The notes: generated from the letters alone by a model not told the origin. A DNA stretch of 64,000 nt from Lama glama (GCA_028534125.1 CM052816.1:91018001-91082000), one strand, 5' to 3'; positions 23,949 through 37,300 are shown, counted from the stretch's first letter. A program made the numbers and translations.

Positions 23949-25329
23949 GTGAGAGCTCGGGGTGGGTGGGGATGCCGGGAGGGGAGGACAGGTGACCTTG
24001 GGGCGCCCGGGGGCGGGCAGAGGGGCTGCCGGGGCGGTCCGGGGGGTGCACGCCGGACCCTGCGGAGGAAGGTCTCAGCCCTGGCCCGGTTTCTCGGCCA
24101 CCTTTCTCCAACAGGTAGACACACACTTCAACTTTCCTCCAGATGCACTTCTCTGTAAACATTTGTCATCCTGTGTGTGTGTATCTCGTCTCGAAGGCTA
24201 GGTGACCGGCTGACTGGCCTGCACCTGAGCCGACGGGTGTGCCCAGAGTGCACTTGGCCTTTGCTTTCTGAAACATTCAGGTCTTGACCTGCTCACCCAA
24301 AGCCAGCGGGACCAAATACACTTGAACTTGTATTCGTTCTTGCAACCAGAGCCGGCATATCTGGACCAGCTTAGGTACACGCTGGAGACTGAGCCTTCTC
24401 CATCAGCCGCCTGAGATGGGCAATGAATGATTTGTTTTTCCATTCCCTGGAGGGTTGGGTTTACTGTCTTTACTCCCTGATGAGAAAACAGGCGGCAAAC
24501 AGGTGGATTCTGTCCATCACCCCGCCCCCAAGGTGCACGCAGTGTGGAAAACAGTCGTCTTTTTAGGTGAAGAGCAGAGAGAATACGCTGAAAAGTCCCT
24601 GATCCACAAGTTTTTCTCTTCGAAAAGCGCCCTTCACTCCTAAAGTCAGGGAAAGTGTCTGGCGCCTTCATGGAAGGCCGTGTGCCCTGTCATCTGTTAC
24701 CAGCCTGATGGAGGGCGGAGAAAAGCCTTCTTTGTTTGCAACTGTGTCCTCCTAACAAGCATGACACACACGCCCAGTGGAATAAGCAGAGCTTCAGCAA
24801 CGGAGGCCTTGTTAACAGGACATAGATTTCTTAACCTTAAAGTTAGGAAAGAACCTGACGACACATCCACAGCCTGCCGCTTTCTAGGTCAGCGCCTTTA
24901 ACCCGGAGGTTTTTCTGCAGATCTGTGCTAGTCTTGGTCTTCTCTTGAAATGGGCTGTTTCTTATCAGGGCCCCTGAATATGAATTAACTTTACTACGGG
25001 AATCTTAGCTATCAGTGTTTCTAGAGTTTATTCCATATTTCTCTAACCTATTAGGAAGTTACAGCGAGCACTCAAGCAAGGAGGGTACAGTATATGATGT
25101 TAGATGGGGCAACAGTCCAGTAGTCTTAGGGCTGGGTCTCCCTCATTTACCAGTGAGGGACATGTTCTTAAAATTCTCTTAATTTTAAATTTTACTTACT
25201 AAAAATAGCAGCCTCACAGTTCAAACGTTTAAAGGTGCAGAAGGATAAACACTTTCTAGATCTCTTTCCCAGGCCTGTCTCAATTTCCTCCCAGAAAGCA
25301 ACCAGTGTTACCAGTCTCTTGTGTATCTT

Positions 25330-25950
25330 TCCAGGTAGTACTTATTTGAGCAAATACACACTATTCTGTGCAGATTGTGGAATACTCTAAGGATTGTTTT
25401 TCTTCGTAGTGTAGTTTGGGAGCACTTCCTTGTTCTTTTTCAGCTGCATAGAATTCCATTGTATGGATGTCACCAATTAACCTGTCTTCTACTGATGGAC
25501 TATGTTTATTTCCCAACTTTGGCTGTTACAGTGTTATAGCTAATGGCCAGAACGTGCATTATTTTGCATATGAACAAGTATTCTGTAGGATGAATTCCCA
25601 GAAGTGGAATTGTTGGGTCAGAGAGGATGTGCACTTCTAAGTCTCTGCCTGTTTCTCTGTATATCCTTGCCAACAGCATCTTTATCAAACTTTTTAATTT
25701 GCAAATCTGATAGGTGAAAAAGGTATCACAGTATGGTTTTAATTTGTATTTCTCTGAGATTGAGCATTTTTCCTTATGTTCAAGAGCCATCATAATTACC
25801 TTTTCTTTTTCTTTGCATTGTCAGTTTACAAACAACTTCGGTCCGTATTTTTAGTTGAGTTATTGGACTTTTTCCTATTGATTTGTAGGAGCTCTTTTCA
25901 TATTAAGAACTTTAGCCTCATTTCTGTAATATGAGTTGCAAGCATTTTTT
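25330..25950 (-). mobile_element. Old L1ME-type fragment
   Basis: The reverse ORF at 25506-25793 contains L1 ORF2-like 'DPTIPLLGIHP'. Confidence 0.75.
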
Positions 25951-27356
25951 ATGTGATGTATTCTTTACAATATCTGTTGAAAAGGAAGATTTTTAAATAA
26001 AATAATCGAAAGGCATATTTGATATTATTTGGGAGTGAAGTCTTCCATTCATTTTTGTAGATAAGTCTGATGGGGAGGTGAACAATGGCCAGGCATTCAA
26101 TCCAATCTGTTTTATTTCTTCTCTTGTTTGGAGGATCTACATTCCATGCATGTATTTTCTTTGACAGAAAAATAATAGTCCTGCTTTTTAAATTTGAAGT
26201 ACTTGTTAATTGAAATTTCTGACCTATTTATTAATTTCACGAAAATGTTATAGTTTCTCCCCATTGTTGCTTCTGAGGTTAAAATGCTTTTCAAGGACTT
26301 TTTTCTCTAAATAGGGTACTTCTTATCAAGCGATCTTAAATTATGTGACACTCTTAACATTTTGTGTCCCAGGAACTCTTAAGCTCTGTAATGTTTATGA
26401 GAAAAACAAAAAGATCAATGTTAGAAACACGAGGAGCCCAAATCTTGTAAGCAGTAGTGACGACGGTTGCACTTTCCTCGATGTTATTTCATTTTTGTGG
26501 AAATTAACTTTTCAAATGCCCATTTTTGCTTGATTTAGTACCTGGTACCAGCAGATGTTTTCAGGATTTTGAGTTTGAGTTCAAAAGCTCCAACATTTAT
26601 TACCTGCCCATTACCTGCAGGATTTTAGTGCTGTGCACTGAAAGGGCAAAACCTGAGACATGGCTGTGATAAATGGGTATAACTCGAGGCTGAATGGAGC
26701 AAGTGTGATAGAAATCAGAGAAAAAAATCATTCGTTTTGCTGCAGTTTTGGGGGGAGGGGTGGCATCGTGGATTGAAGAGACTGTGGGGTCTTCATGGGG
26801 AGATCACGCTTGAATCAGATTTGATGGACAGGAATGATCCGGGTAGATCTAGTATATGGTCAGCAGCATTCCAGTCCTAAGGAAATTGTACTTCATATTT
26901 CATCCAATGTATTTAACTGATGCAATGCCGCGTGAGTTGGAGGCAGGAAGTCGGGGAGATGAGAGTGGTGGGTGTTCTGGAGGACGTCTGGGGGCAGTGG
27001 TTGCCTCGAATGTTATGCTTTGTATTTGGACCTGTTTTTTCTATAGGCAGTGGGACCCAAAAATGTTTTGTAAAAACATCCATGAATATTTTAATAGACA
27101 AGTAAATTGTGGTACATTAGTTCCCCATCAAAAAGTAACATATAACAATGCAACTAAACTACAGCTGTACGCAACAGCACAGATGAATTTTACAAATGTA
27201 ATTTGGGGCAGAGAAAGCACATAATAACATATGTGGAATGATTTGGATTTTTGAAGGTTTTTAAATGTACAAAACTAAACAGTATTAATTAGGGATATGT
27301 AGACAGGAGATAAGAAAGACACTCTTATCTGTAAAATCAAGAGAGTAGTTATCCTT

Positions 27357-27418
27357 TGACACAACATTGTAAACTGACTATACTTCAATAAAAAATATAT
27401 ATGTATACAGAAAAAAAG
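27357..27418 (+). mobile_element. Short L1 tail inserted in an older L1M element
   Basis: 'tgacacaacattgtaaactgactatacttcaataaaaaatatatat', the same tail type as at 22598. Confidence 0.8.
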
Positions 27419-28059
27419 ATTCAAGAAAAGTTATAAATGAATATTGAGCCCCAGTTTAAAAAAAAAGAAAAATCTCTGTGAATAGTGAGAAGATCACAGA
27501 GGGCATGTGGAAGGTTCTGGTGTTCAGTGTTCTGTTTTTTGACTTGGGTGGTGGTGGTTATGTGGTGTTCAAGTTATAATTATTTAAAAACTATGTATGT
27601 GTGTACATTCTTGGATATATTTTACGAAAAATACTAAAATAATAATACTTTAAAAAACGGTGTTCACTCAGAGCCCAGAGGAGTTTGATAAAATACAGAC
27701 CATGGAGCGCCTTTCTCAAGAAGCAGGGTTTCCACAGCCTGGAGTAGATTTGGGCAGCAGTCTGGTAGTCTCAGGGTTGGGTCTCTCTCCTTTTACCAAT
27801 AAGGGACATGTTTGGAATTGTTTTTCTTAATTTTGAATTTTATTTACTTAAAACAAATGGCTGATACCAAGTCACAGTTCAAAAGTTTAAAAGTATAAAG
27901 AGGAAAACAGTTCGGAGGTCTCTGCCCCACGCCTGTCCCTGGCTGCCCACTTCCTCCCAGACGCAACCGGTGACACCAGTTCTAAGCACATCATCAAATA
28001 GAACGAACCCAATGAAAAAGAAAATGCCCATTTGCTTTTGTTTTTAAAGAACTAACTCC

Positions 28060-28580
28060 TTGCAGTCAATAATATGCACACACTCTGAGTGAGCAGTCAA
28101 GTGCAAACACCCATGTAACCACAAAGACAGTCAAGATCTAGAACATTCCATCACTCCTAGAGATTTCTTTGAGCCCCTTTCCTGTCAGCACCCCCCCGCC
28201 CCGCCCCGGGTTTGATGTGTTTCCCGTCACTATAGATTAGATTTGTCTTCCTTAAAGTCTCATATTAGTGAGACTGTACAACATGGTGTCTTCTGTGCCT
28301 GGCTCTGCTTTCCCAGCGTAAGGCTTTGGGACTCACCCCCGCTGGGCACATCGGTTCTTTGTTTCTCTTTGTTGTTGACTGGTCCACCACTCTGGGGATC
28401 AACCACAATTGGTTTACTCGTTTACAGTTGTTTTTTTCGGGTTGTTTTCAGGGTTGGCCATGATAAATGAAGCTACTGCAAAAATTCAGGCAGAAGTCTT
28501 AGTGTGTGGTGTCTGGTTTTGGTGAGCAGGGTGGCCGGCTCTGGCCGTGCTTTGTATGGCCACGTGGCAGTAGCCTTGGA
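28060..28580 (-). mobile_element. Old L1M 3' fragment
   Basis: 'acacccatgtaaccac...tcaagatctagaacattccatcactcc' and 'tcactatagattagatttgtc'. Confidence 0.7.
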
Positions 28581-29059
28581 GACGAGGGCCTGGACGAGAA
28601 TGTCCCTCTTAGTCTCCTTGCTGGTCACAGTACTGAAGCTGAATGCTGCACGCCGCCGCCTTCCTCCTGGGGCACCCTGCCCTGCGGCCTTTGTGGCTGC
28701 TCTGATGTGCTTTAGTTTTGAACCCACAGTCGGAGAGCAGGTCTTTCTCCTCGGAGCACCTGGCACTGCATGAGGACACTGCCTTCTTTCCATTCGTGTA
28801 AAGAGTTCAACTGCCAGGAAGTGATTCGCCCGAGATGGTGACACAGGGGCCTGCCTGGCGGGAGACCTTGGGCTTTGTGGCTTTCGCTGTGTCCCAGGCT
28901 GGGCATTCACGCAGTCTGGAATGCCCTGGACCCACTGGGGGTCCTTGGAGCCCTGTCCTCTAGAGTGGGTTGCAGGGTCCAGCTCCCGCTTGGTGTCAAG
29001 AGCTCCTTCTCTGCATCGCTGATGGGTTTGGCCAGCTTGTGTTAGCGCAGTGCCCCGCA

Positions 29060-29204
29060 AAGCGCGGTCTCATCACGGCCAGCACCTGGGTGCTTGTTGG
29101 TGGGCTCCCCCCTCCCCCCTCCACCTACAAGAATCCCTGGAGGTGCGGGCGCAGTATCTGAATTTTCTCCAACTCCCCAGGTGACTCAAGTTTGAGAACC
29201 ACTG
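29060..29204. mobile_element. MER5A-like DNA transposon
   Basis: 'ctccccaggtgactcaagtttgagaaccactg' terminus. Confidence 0.65.
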
Positions 29205-29839
29205 CGTTTGAGCACTTTCTGTGATCACGAGCTCTCCTCTCCAAAAGGCAGCCTTCTCATTGCTGGGCAACTCTGACTAGTGAATATTTTCCTTGCACTG
29301 ACTTAAGGCCACCTCTTGGTTGTCAGTGCAGCTGCCAGAGATCCGGGCTCCCTCCCTAGGATGATCCTTTGTCTGTTTCAAGATTCGTTCTGTTTCCATT
29401 TTTACTGAGTCTTCTTGTCCCCGGCCGAGAAGTTCTGGGCTCCCTCCACTCACCGTTTTCTGAACTCTTCTGGACATGCTTCAGTTTATCTTTATTCCTC
29501 CTCGAATGCAGCCTTATGAGATGGTCTGACCAGAGTATGTTTGCCCCGTTGTCCTGGACTGCATCCTTCTATTCACATGGCCTGACGTAGAATTTCTGTA
29601 TTCTTGATAGTAACTCCTTTGACAGCCATTACTGTTAATGATTGCTACCTTCATTAAACTATACCTGGGCATATAACTGTATATGCAGGTTTAGTCAAAC
29701 TGTAACTACTAAAATTATTAAGGATGTTGGCATTCGGCACCTCATTTAAATCTTACAGCTACCAGTGAGGCAGGTGTTCCCTTTGAACATAAGAGGAAAC
29801 AGTCCCATAGAAGTTAAATGAATTATCAAAGATGCCTCT

Positions 29840-30042
29840 GACCTGTTCAATAGGATGTTTGCAGTGACGGAAACACTGCGCGTGTGTGCTGTCTAGTGTG
29901 ATAACAACTAGCCTGTCGTGGCTCTTGAGCTTATGAGGTGCGGCTAGTGTGACTCAGGAACTGTATTTTTAATTTTATTGAATTTAAACTTCAGTTTAAA
30001 TAGCTACATGTAGTTAGTGGCTACTGTATTTGATAGCACAGT
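29840..30042. mobile_element. MER3-like hAT-Charlie transposon
   Basis: 'gctagtgtgactcaggaactg.atttttaatttta...aaatagctacatgtagttagtggctactgtattt gatagcacag'. Confidence 0.8.
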
Positions 30043-31814
30043 GCTGACCCGGGTCACAGGCCTGGGCCGTGAGCCACATCCTCTTTCCCCAAATTCAGTG
30101 TTTCTTTCTTTATCTTTTTTTTTAAACTTGATCATTCTAATAATAGAAGACAGATGTGGGAACCAACAATTAGGGCTTACATTTTCCAGTATTATAGAAT
30201 CTCACTTAATGATTTCACCAGAAAATAATGATGGTGGGAGAGGGCTGCTTCCGAGTTGAGAGGGGTCTTTTGCAGTCTGTTAGCCTGTTCAGCTCACGTA
30301 CCCCACCCAATCTCAGCTCCATCTGGGCGTCAGGAGCCGTGGCTGAGTGTCCGCTCCAGGTCTATGTGGTGCTGGGCCCAGCTGGTAGACCAGAAGTCCC
30401 AGGTCTGTGCTTGTCTCTGAGACCTTACGCTCTGCTTTGGGAGACGTGGCTGGTTCAGTGAACTGATTCAAACAACACACCGGACTTCCAAGTTGTGTGC
30501 CGCATTCTGCAGGGCTTCGCAGGTTAGGAATAGTGGATGTCAGGGGGTTGGGAATAGTTGGTGAAAGCTCTGTGCAACGTATTGAATAGGCCTGAAAGAG
30601 AAGGTGTGGCTGTAAAAGCAAGGTTAGCAGTGAGGGCTTCCCATATAAGACAAACCCAAGAAAATGGGGGATGAGCACTGGGTGTGGTCAGCTTGGGGAG
30701 ACTCGCCTGCCTCATGCTGAGTGGGAACGAGGAGTGGGGACTATGGATGATTATTCTTGGATGCCTGGAACCAGCGTGGAAGCTGAAACACTGCAGATGC
30801 TCAGAAAAGGTTTTGTGAACTGGGCTGGACTAGAGGCTACTCCCCTCGCCTGGGTTGGGTAGGGCTGGTTTAGAAAGATCTTGCAAAATAGAAAGGCTTC
30901 AGTTCATTCAAAATAGTTGTGGGCAATGTTTATACTCAGCAAACATTTCTTGCGTGGTGGCCTCGTGTTTATTCTGAGACACAGGAAATCTTTCACGAGT
31001 CCCCACGGAAGGCTGTTCTCTATCCCTTAGCGCCAGGAACTGCTGGTTGAAGACCTAAGAAACAGGGCAGTTTTTACCAGATTAATGCTTATTCTAGAAA
31101 CCCATCAGGTTTTCTTCTCTAGTGTGATAACCACAAAGCTCAACTTCAGTGATTTTGCACGATTTTATGGCCACATTATTTGAGTAATAACTTTTCCTTA
31201 AAGTCTCTTTGCTACCCTTATTTTTTTCCTTTTTATCCTGTTGTGCATGAATGTTTTTAAGCTGCCTGATTGATCCAAATGAGTACAAATAAATGAGGTG
31301 TATCATTACTAGCTGCTGGGAATACAGCGATGACTAAGACACATTCTGATCCCTGGTGAGAGGGACAGAGTAGTAAGCAAATAATTCTAAGGTTATGCTG
31401 TGAGCACTAAATTATCACAGATGGGCCAGGATGAACCAATAGGATTTCCTCAGGCAGGAAACAGGGATATAGAGATTGGGGAAAGGCAGGATGATCAGTA
31501 TGTAAAAAGAGGAAAAGAACTAATATGTGTTGAGTAGCTATTATGTGCTAGGTGCACAGCTAACTCATGGAAACTTGAACAGAGTACACAGGAGTGCTCA
31601 TAAATATTCATTTATATAGATGGAGAAATAGAGGGGGAGGGGCAGGATGAGATGGGAGGGGTGGGGCAGGGGGTTTTATGTGCAGGAAGGAGTAGCCACA
31701 AGTGAGGTTGGAAAGAAACTTTGGGGCCAATTTCTGAAGAATTTACTATTGGACTGTGCTAAGGAATTTGGACTGTATCAAATAAGCAGTCTTTATTACC
31801 CTTATATAAGTGCC

Positions 31815-32301
31815 ATCTTTTTAATGTGTTGTTGGATTCTGTTTGCTAATATTTTGTTGAGAATTTACAACAACATGGATGGACCTGGAGGTTGTCGTAC
31901 TACATGAAGGAAGCCAGAGAGAGAAGGAAAAATACCATACGATATCACTTACATGTGGAATCTAAAAGAAGGAGAACATAAATGAACTTATTTACAAGAC
32001 AGAGACAGACTCACAGACATAGAAAACAAACTTATGGTTACCAGGGGGAGAAGGGGTGGGGAGAGATAAATTGGCAGTTCTGGGTTTGTAAGTACACACT
32101 ACTATATATAAAGCAGATAAACAACAAGGTCCTACTGTATAGCACAGGGAACTATATTTAATACCATGTAATAACCTATAATAAAAAAGAATATGAAAAG
32201 GAATACATATATATATATAAATGAATGAGTGCATGAGTCACTGTGCTGTCCACCAGAAATTAACACATTGTAAACTGACTGTACTTCAATTCAAAAGAAA
32301 G
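31815..32301 (+). mobile_element. L1 3' end with a short 5'-inverted segment
   Basis: 31815-31864 is antisense ORF2-region sequence and ~31867-32300 is sense 3' end. TAAGTGCC flanks both sides (31807-31814, 32302-32309). Confidence 0.85.
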
Positions 32302-32334
32302 TAAGTGCCGTTATGTTAGTCCCTTTCTTCCAAG

Positions 32335-32790
32335 ACCTCCATTCAAAAATTCAACAAATATTTATTGTCTACTGCGTGGCCAACACTGTTCTTGGTGCTA
32401 AAGATGTAATGATGGACAAGAAAGAGTAAGATCCCTTTCTCATGGAGGTTATATTCTCATGGTGGGAGTGGTGAAACAAAGACAACAAACACGTACACAT
32501 GCTAGGAGAAGCTGGGTGCTGTGGAGAAGACTCAGGCAGGGGCAAGAGACAGGGAGAGGCAAGGAGGTGCTGTTTTTCGGGGTGGTCAGTATTGGCCTCT
32601 CAAAGGACTGACTATGAGCTGATGCCTAAAGAATAAGTTAGGGGATGATCCAAGCAGCTACCTCCGATGTGGAATGTTCTAGGCAGAGGGAACAGGATGT
32701 GCAAAGGCCCTGGGGTGAGTGGGCTTGGGGTGTTTGCAGAACAGCATGGAGTCCAGTGTGGCAGGGGCTGGGTGAGCAAGGGGGAAACAC
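32335..32790 (-). mobile_element. L2 fragment
   Basis: 'cattcaa..ttcaacaaatatttattg..tactgcgtggcc..cactgttcttggtgct' and 'aggcagagggaacag..tgtgcaaaggccctgggg'. Confidence 0.75.
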
Positions 32791-33525
32791 CATTAGTTTT
32801 AGCTTAGAACTCCATGCAGCGAGTGTGCCAAATTCTGCTTATTGGCTTTCCCTCGGCCCCCTGGATGGATTAGGGGAGCAAGAGCTTGGGGCCAGAGACA
32901 GAGCAGGACGCCTTTGCAGGAGCACGTGGTGGTGAGGAGAAGCATTGGGGTGGGGAGACTGTGGAGGTAAAATTGAGGATTGAGTAATTTCTTGGGTGGG
33001 AGGAGAGGGAGAGGTGGGGGAATGACTCAGCCTCCGAGAGTGAATGACAGGTGTCTGGTATTAACCAATATGAGGGCCACTGGGGTTACAGCAGGTTGGG
33101 GCAGTGGGGGAGGAGAGTGATATGGCAATTTTGGCGGGGGGGGTATGCTGAACCCATGGGCCGTCAGCTTAGGTTGTAAGTCTCTGAAGGGTTGGGTATA
33201 TGGGCTGAGGCTCAGGGGATGGGTTGGAGTGAAGCGCGGATTTGGGTGTGTTGGAGATGCAGGCTTTGGGGTGATGAAGTTCCCGAGGGAGCCTTGCTGG
33301 GTCCTGTGAGAGCAGAGCCTAGGGAGGGTGTTCAGGGAACTGACATTACCAAGGTGGGTAACCAAGAGCACCTTTGGCAGGAGAGTCAGAGCATGGCGAG
33401 TCCCAGAGGGCGGTGTTCCCGAGGGCCAAGCGCAGACACGACCAGCAAATGCTCCTTCCTGGCCTTTGTGAGAGCGGTGTCTGCAGGGCTGGCTTTCCCA
33501 GCCACTCCAGAAGGGGGTTCTCTGC

Positions 33526-33672
33526 GGTAGGGAGGTTATAGCTCAGTGGTAGAGTGCGTGCTTAGCAATCACAAGGTCCTGGGTTCAATCCTCAGTCCCT
33601 CCATTAAACAAAAAATAAATAACCCAATTACCTTCCTACCCCACCCCCACCAAAAACCAAACCAAAACAAAA
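33526..33672 (+). mobile_element. tRNA-derived SINE (camelid Vic-1-like)
   Basis: GGGAGGTTATAGCTCAGTGGTAGAGTGCGTGCTTAGCA...GGTCCTGGGTTCAATCC, followed by 'aataacccaattacc' and an A-rich tail. Confidence 0.88.
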
Positions 33673-36285
33673 GAGGGATGCTCCCTTCCTTCCAGCCCAT
33701 CACTGCCTCCTTCCGCTACAGCAGCATAACTCAGGCTCCATGGAGGACCAGACTCCCCACCCTGTCCTCCTGGGCGCCTCTGGGACTTGGTCTTCAGGCC
33801 AGCTCCTGACTTGGCCAGTGGGAGTTCAAGCAGTTTAGGAAATACCTGGCCGATTTTGAATGTCAGAAGCTGTGTTTTGGTTGTTTCTATGTGCGCTCCT
33901 TCTGTACAATCCCAGGCCGTTCTCTGCACCCCAACCCCACCGTGCAGATGCCTGGGTGGGTCCTGGGAGGCTGGGCTCCTCTGACACCTGAGGGCTAGGG
34001 AGAAAGGTGGGCGTGCCTGGAGGGCAAGTGGCCAGGAGTCACCTGCCCATGGCGGTGAATTTCCCTTAGAAGGGGGAGGATGATCTCCTGAGACTGGGGA
34101 GGCCTTGGGAGGACGAGGCAGGCTGTTGCTTTCTTGGGGAAGAGGGTCAGGAAATCACAAATGTCTGGGGGAAAACGCTCTGTTATGTTGTGTTCTTGGG
34201 TTTATGTTTGGCTATTTCTTCAGTAAATACATCTGTGTCAGGGTCCCATGCTTATAGCTTTGTCTTCATAGACCAATTATTTTTCAAGGTGCATATTTTT
34301 ATGGAATAGTATCACATTTAGTACTGTGGTCTGCCCCCCTCCCCAAACTGTATGAGTTTAACAGTAAATATTTTGGGGGAAGTTTCCCATTTGCTAAAGA
34401 AGCGAGATCACATGTGTCCATGTTTCCACATGTCATTACAGACATGCTTTTGGAAGCATACAGCTCGTAGGTGTTTCCAGGGTTCTTTGTTCTCTGCTGC
34501 TTTCAGTTTATTTGGGAAGGAAGTATTTTTGTCTCAGGGATGAAGGCAGCCCTCTCTAAGTGAAAACAGGTTAAGTGAGGTGGGGCCACTTGCGTGCTCC
34601 GGATGGCATCTTAGAACCAGAGAAAGAGCGGGAATCCACGGGGCAAGGACCTCCGTCCTTGCCAAACGTGGGCTGAACCTTCTACTGGAGAGAGACACTC
34701 AGATGACACAGAGCTCACCCACGCTGTGGCCATGTGGGCCCCCTGGGTTTCTGGATAAACTGCATTGGCTGTCGAATATAACAGGCCAATCCTCTTTTGA
34801 CAAATTTTGGGGCACACTTCCTGTGATTGCATTTCGTGATTCCTGCAGTGACTGCTGTTTTAACAATGACCGTGTATTGGGCTCCTGCTTTGCTGGGCAC
34901 TCGAGGGAGTTATCATGTGGTTCTCACACACCCATTGTGCAAAGGGGGCTATTGAGGCTCAGGGTGATTGAGTCACTTGCCCCCAAATCACAGATTGTGG
35001 CAGAGCTGGGCCAGGCCTCTGTATGTCCTTCCCCCAGGAAACTAGACTGGCCTGCAGAGGGAGGTTGCACCATAGAATGAGAGCGTGATTTTATAGGACT
35101 TAGCCCCTCGGTCTTCTGGAGGACAAAGTTAATTTACTTCTCAAATTAAAACATGTGCTGCCTCCCACATAGCTGGATAGAGCTGCTTTGTTTTATTGAA
35201 TTTAATATATAATATATATAATATATTCAAATAAAAAAAATAGTGATTATATTTTCTTTTATTGTGAAAAGAAGTTTATTTTTACAAGTCAGATTTCGAC
35301 CCCAGCCACAGCTCTGCCCTGCCGCCGATGTTTCCCGTTGTAGGCATTAGTGACCAAAGCCGGGTGTGCGTTTCTCCGAGTTGTCAAGCGGTCCCACTTC
35401 ATCATAGTTCAATTGCCTTTGTGTTGGCCCTTTTGACATGGGATGGTTCTTTCTCTTCAGTTAAAATGCCATGTGGACTCTTGCCCATTCTGCTGGCTGC
35501 CAACTTGCTGGTGTAGAACAGTATGTACCTGAAAGATGTGTAGTTTGGATGTGAGCCTGGGTGAATTTAGCATCTGGGAAAATGACATCTCGTCTTGAAG
35601 GAGCACTTCTGCCCTTCCCTGGGTGGGGTTGGGCTGTTGGGCTGGCACAGATGGTGGTATCTTTATGGAAGGCGCACAGGAGGGTGTCAGGAGAGCCCAG
35701 ACCGTCCTGCCCCTCTTCTGGCTCGTCGCTAAAGCCATCCAGCCCTGTTTGCAGCTTTTTCTGGCCTCTGAGGCCCCTCCTTCCACCTCCAGGCTCTGTC
35801 TCTTCTCATCGTCTCCTCCAAGGCCCCTTTGCTGCCGTCAGTCTCACAGGCACGTCCTTAGTGGGGTCGCCCCCCCATCCGCCCTCGGTGGGTCCTGTGC
35901 GTTAATTTCAGTTTCATATCTGCCTGTATCTTTCATGGCGCCTTGTACGATTTGAAGATATTTTACTTTTCTGCCTGTTTGTTTTCCTCATTCTTAGAAC
36001 TTACGAAAACTTTGCTGCATACCACTTTGGTCAAAGAAAAAAATGAAGCTACGACTGCAGAATGTATAGTACATAATGTGGAGAACACTATACATGAAAA
36101 TAAAACATCACCTTTCTCTTCTCTCTCTCTTAGATCAATGAATTCTGCCAGACTTCTAATGAAAACACAGCAGTCTCTTACCCCATGTCTCCCCGCTTTC
36201 CAGTCCTGTTTCTCAGGGCGGCTGTTGTTAAACTTTCTGCTTATGGCTCCGTTTAAGCTTTTCTGAATAATATCCTTAAAATGCC

Positions 36286-36452
36286 ATTTTTTTACATTTA
36301 TTTTACATTTACATTCTTAAAGTTTTTTGAGGTGTAACTGACATGTATTGGTTTCAGGTGTGCAACAGAGTGACGGTATCTGTAGATACTGCAGAATGAT
36401 CACCCCAATAAATCTAGTCAACACCCATTGCCACATATGATTGCAAAAATTT
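36286..36452 (-). mobile_element. L1MA-type 3' tail
   Basis: 'gtttcaggtgtgcaaca..gtgac...aatgatcacc..aataaatctagt'; TSD TTAAAATGCC at 36276-36285 and 36453-36462. Confidence 0.75.
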
Positions 36453-37039
36453 TTAAAATGCCGCTTCTTGATTTAGCAATCATCATTGTTTCCTGCCCAT
36501 CCAATTCACATACACATCCTTCTCCTCCTCTGTCTGCTCTAATGCTGTCACAATTTGGGGTTCAGTCATGAAGTAAGCATCGTTCATCCAGGAGCTAAGG
36601 AGAGTCCCACGTTTACAGTCCCTTTCTTGTACAGCTCTTTTTTGCTGTTACTCTTAGCATTTTTTTCTATTTGATCTTTTTAACTCTAGCATTTCTGGAA
36701 AGCTCCTTTCAATAAAGGTCAAACCTGTCAGGCCCACATTTCAGTGTCTCTCTTTCCCCGGGAGCCATCCCTCGTGGAGTCCTCACCCCCCTGTTCTGGT
36801 CTAGTGTGATTGTCCCCTGGGCCTGCCGTCCCCGCAGAATGCCTGCATCGTCTTCCCTCTCCCTGGTGTGGGGGCCTCGGTCCCTGGACCCCTGCTGAGA
36901 ACGGGGTCAGGAGAGTCAGCGGCCTGAACAGGGAACTCCCCCGTTTCTCCTCCTGGAGATTATTCGCGATGGTTTAAGGTTTTCCTGTGTTTGCTCTACG
37001 GCTGTCACATCTGCCTGCTCTCTCTGTTACTGGACTCTC

Positions 37040-37300
37040 TCTTGGTGAACTCTTCCATCTTGAGTGAACACAGCCGCCATTACTGAGAGAGTGCAGAGGA
37101 AGTACATGTTTTGAGAACTTGTGTGCAGAAAATATCTTTATCCCACCCTGCCAGTTGATTGCTGGCTTGGCTTGGTTTAGAATTCTGGGCTGGGAGTAAT
37201 TTTCCCTTGAATTTTGAAGCCTCACCCTCCTTTCTCGCTTGCTTCCAGCACTGCATTTGAGCAGATGGCTGTCCACCCAGTGCCCGGTCTCTTGTGGATG
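37040..37300 (-). mobile_element. HAL1/L1 ORF1 C-terminal relic
   Basis: Reverse translation 'RENYSQPRILNQAKPAINWQGGIKIFS' resembles L1 ORF1 'KENNFQPRILYPAKLSF..EG.IKTFS'. Confidence 0.65.

Larger units (their letters stand above)
22900..24250. promoter_or_regulatory. RETREG1: CpG island and TATA-less promoter of RETREG1
   Basis: Very high GC and CpG density. Tandem GC boxes (CCGCCC repeats ~23414-23437), full CRE TGACGTCA at 23495-23502, TGACGTGT at 23005-23012. Confidence 0.92.

Noticed and set aside
23089..24162. Long overlapping ORFs (up to 253 aa) across the CpG island
   Set aside because: Low-complexity Arg/Pro/Ala/Gly products typical of stop-poor GC-rich DNA. An antisense lncRNA is possible but cannot be shown from sequence.
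28473..29060. 195-aa reverse ORF
   Set aside because: Overlaps an L1M fragment and GC-rich intron; no recognisable protein similarity.
33529..33602. tRNA-like sequence
   Set aside because: It is the head of a SINE with a tail and two paralogues in the window; no proper acceptor stem.
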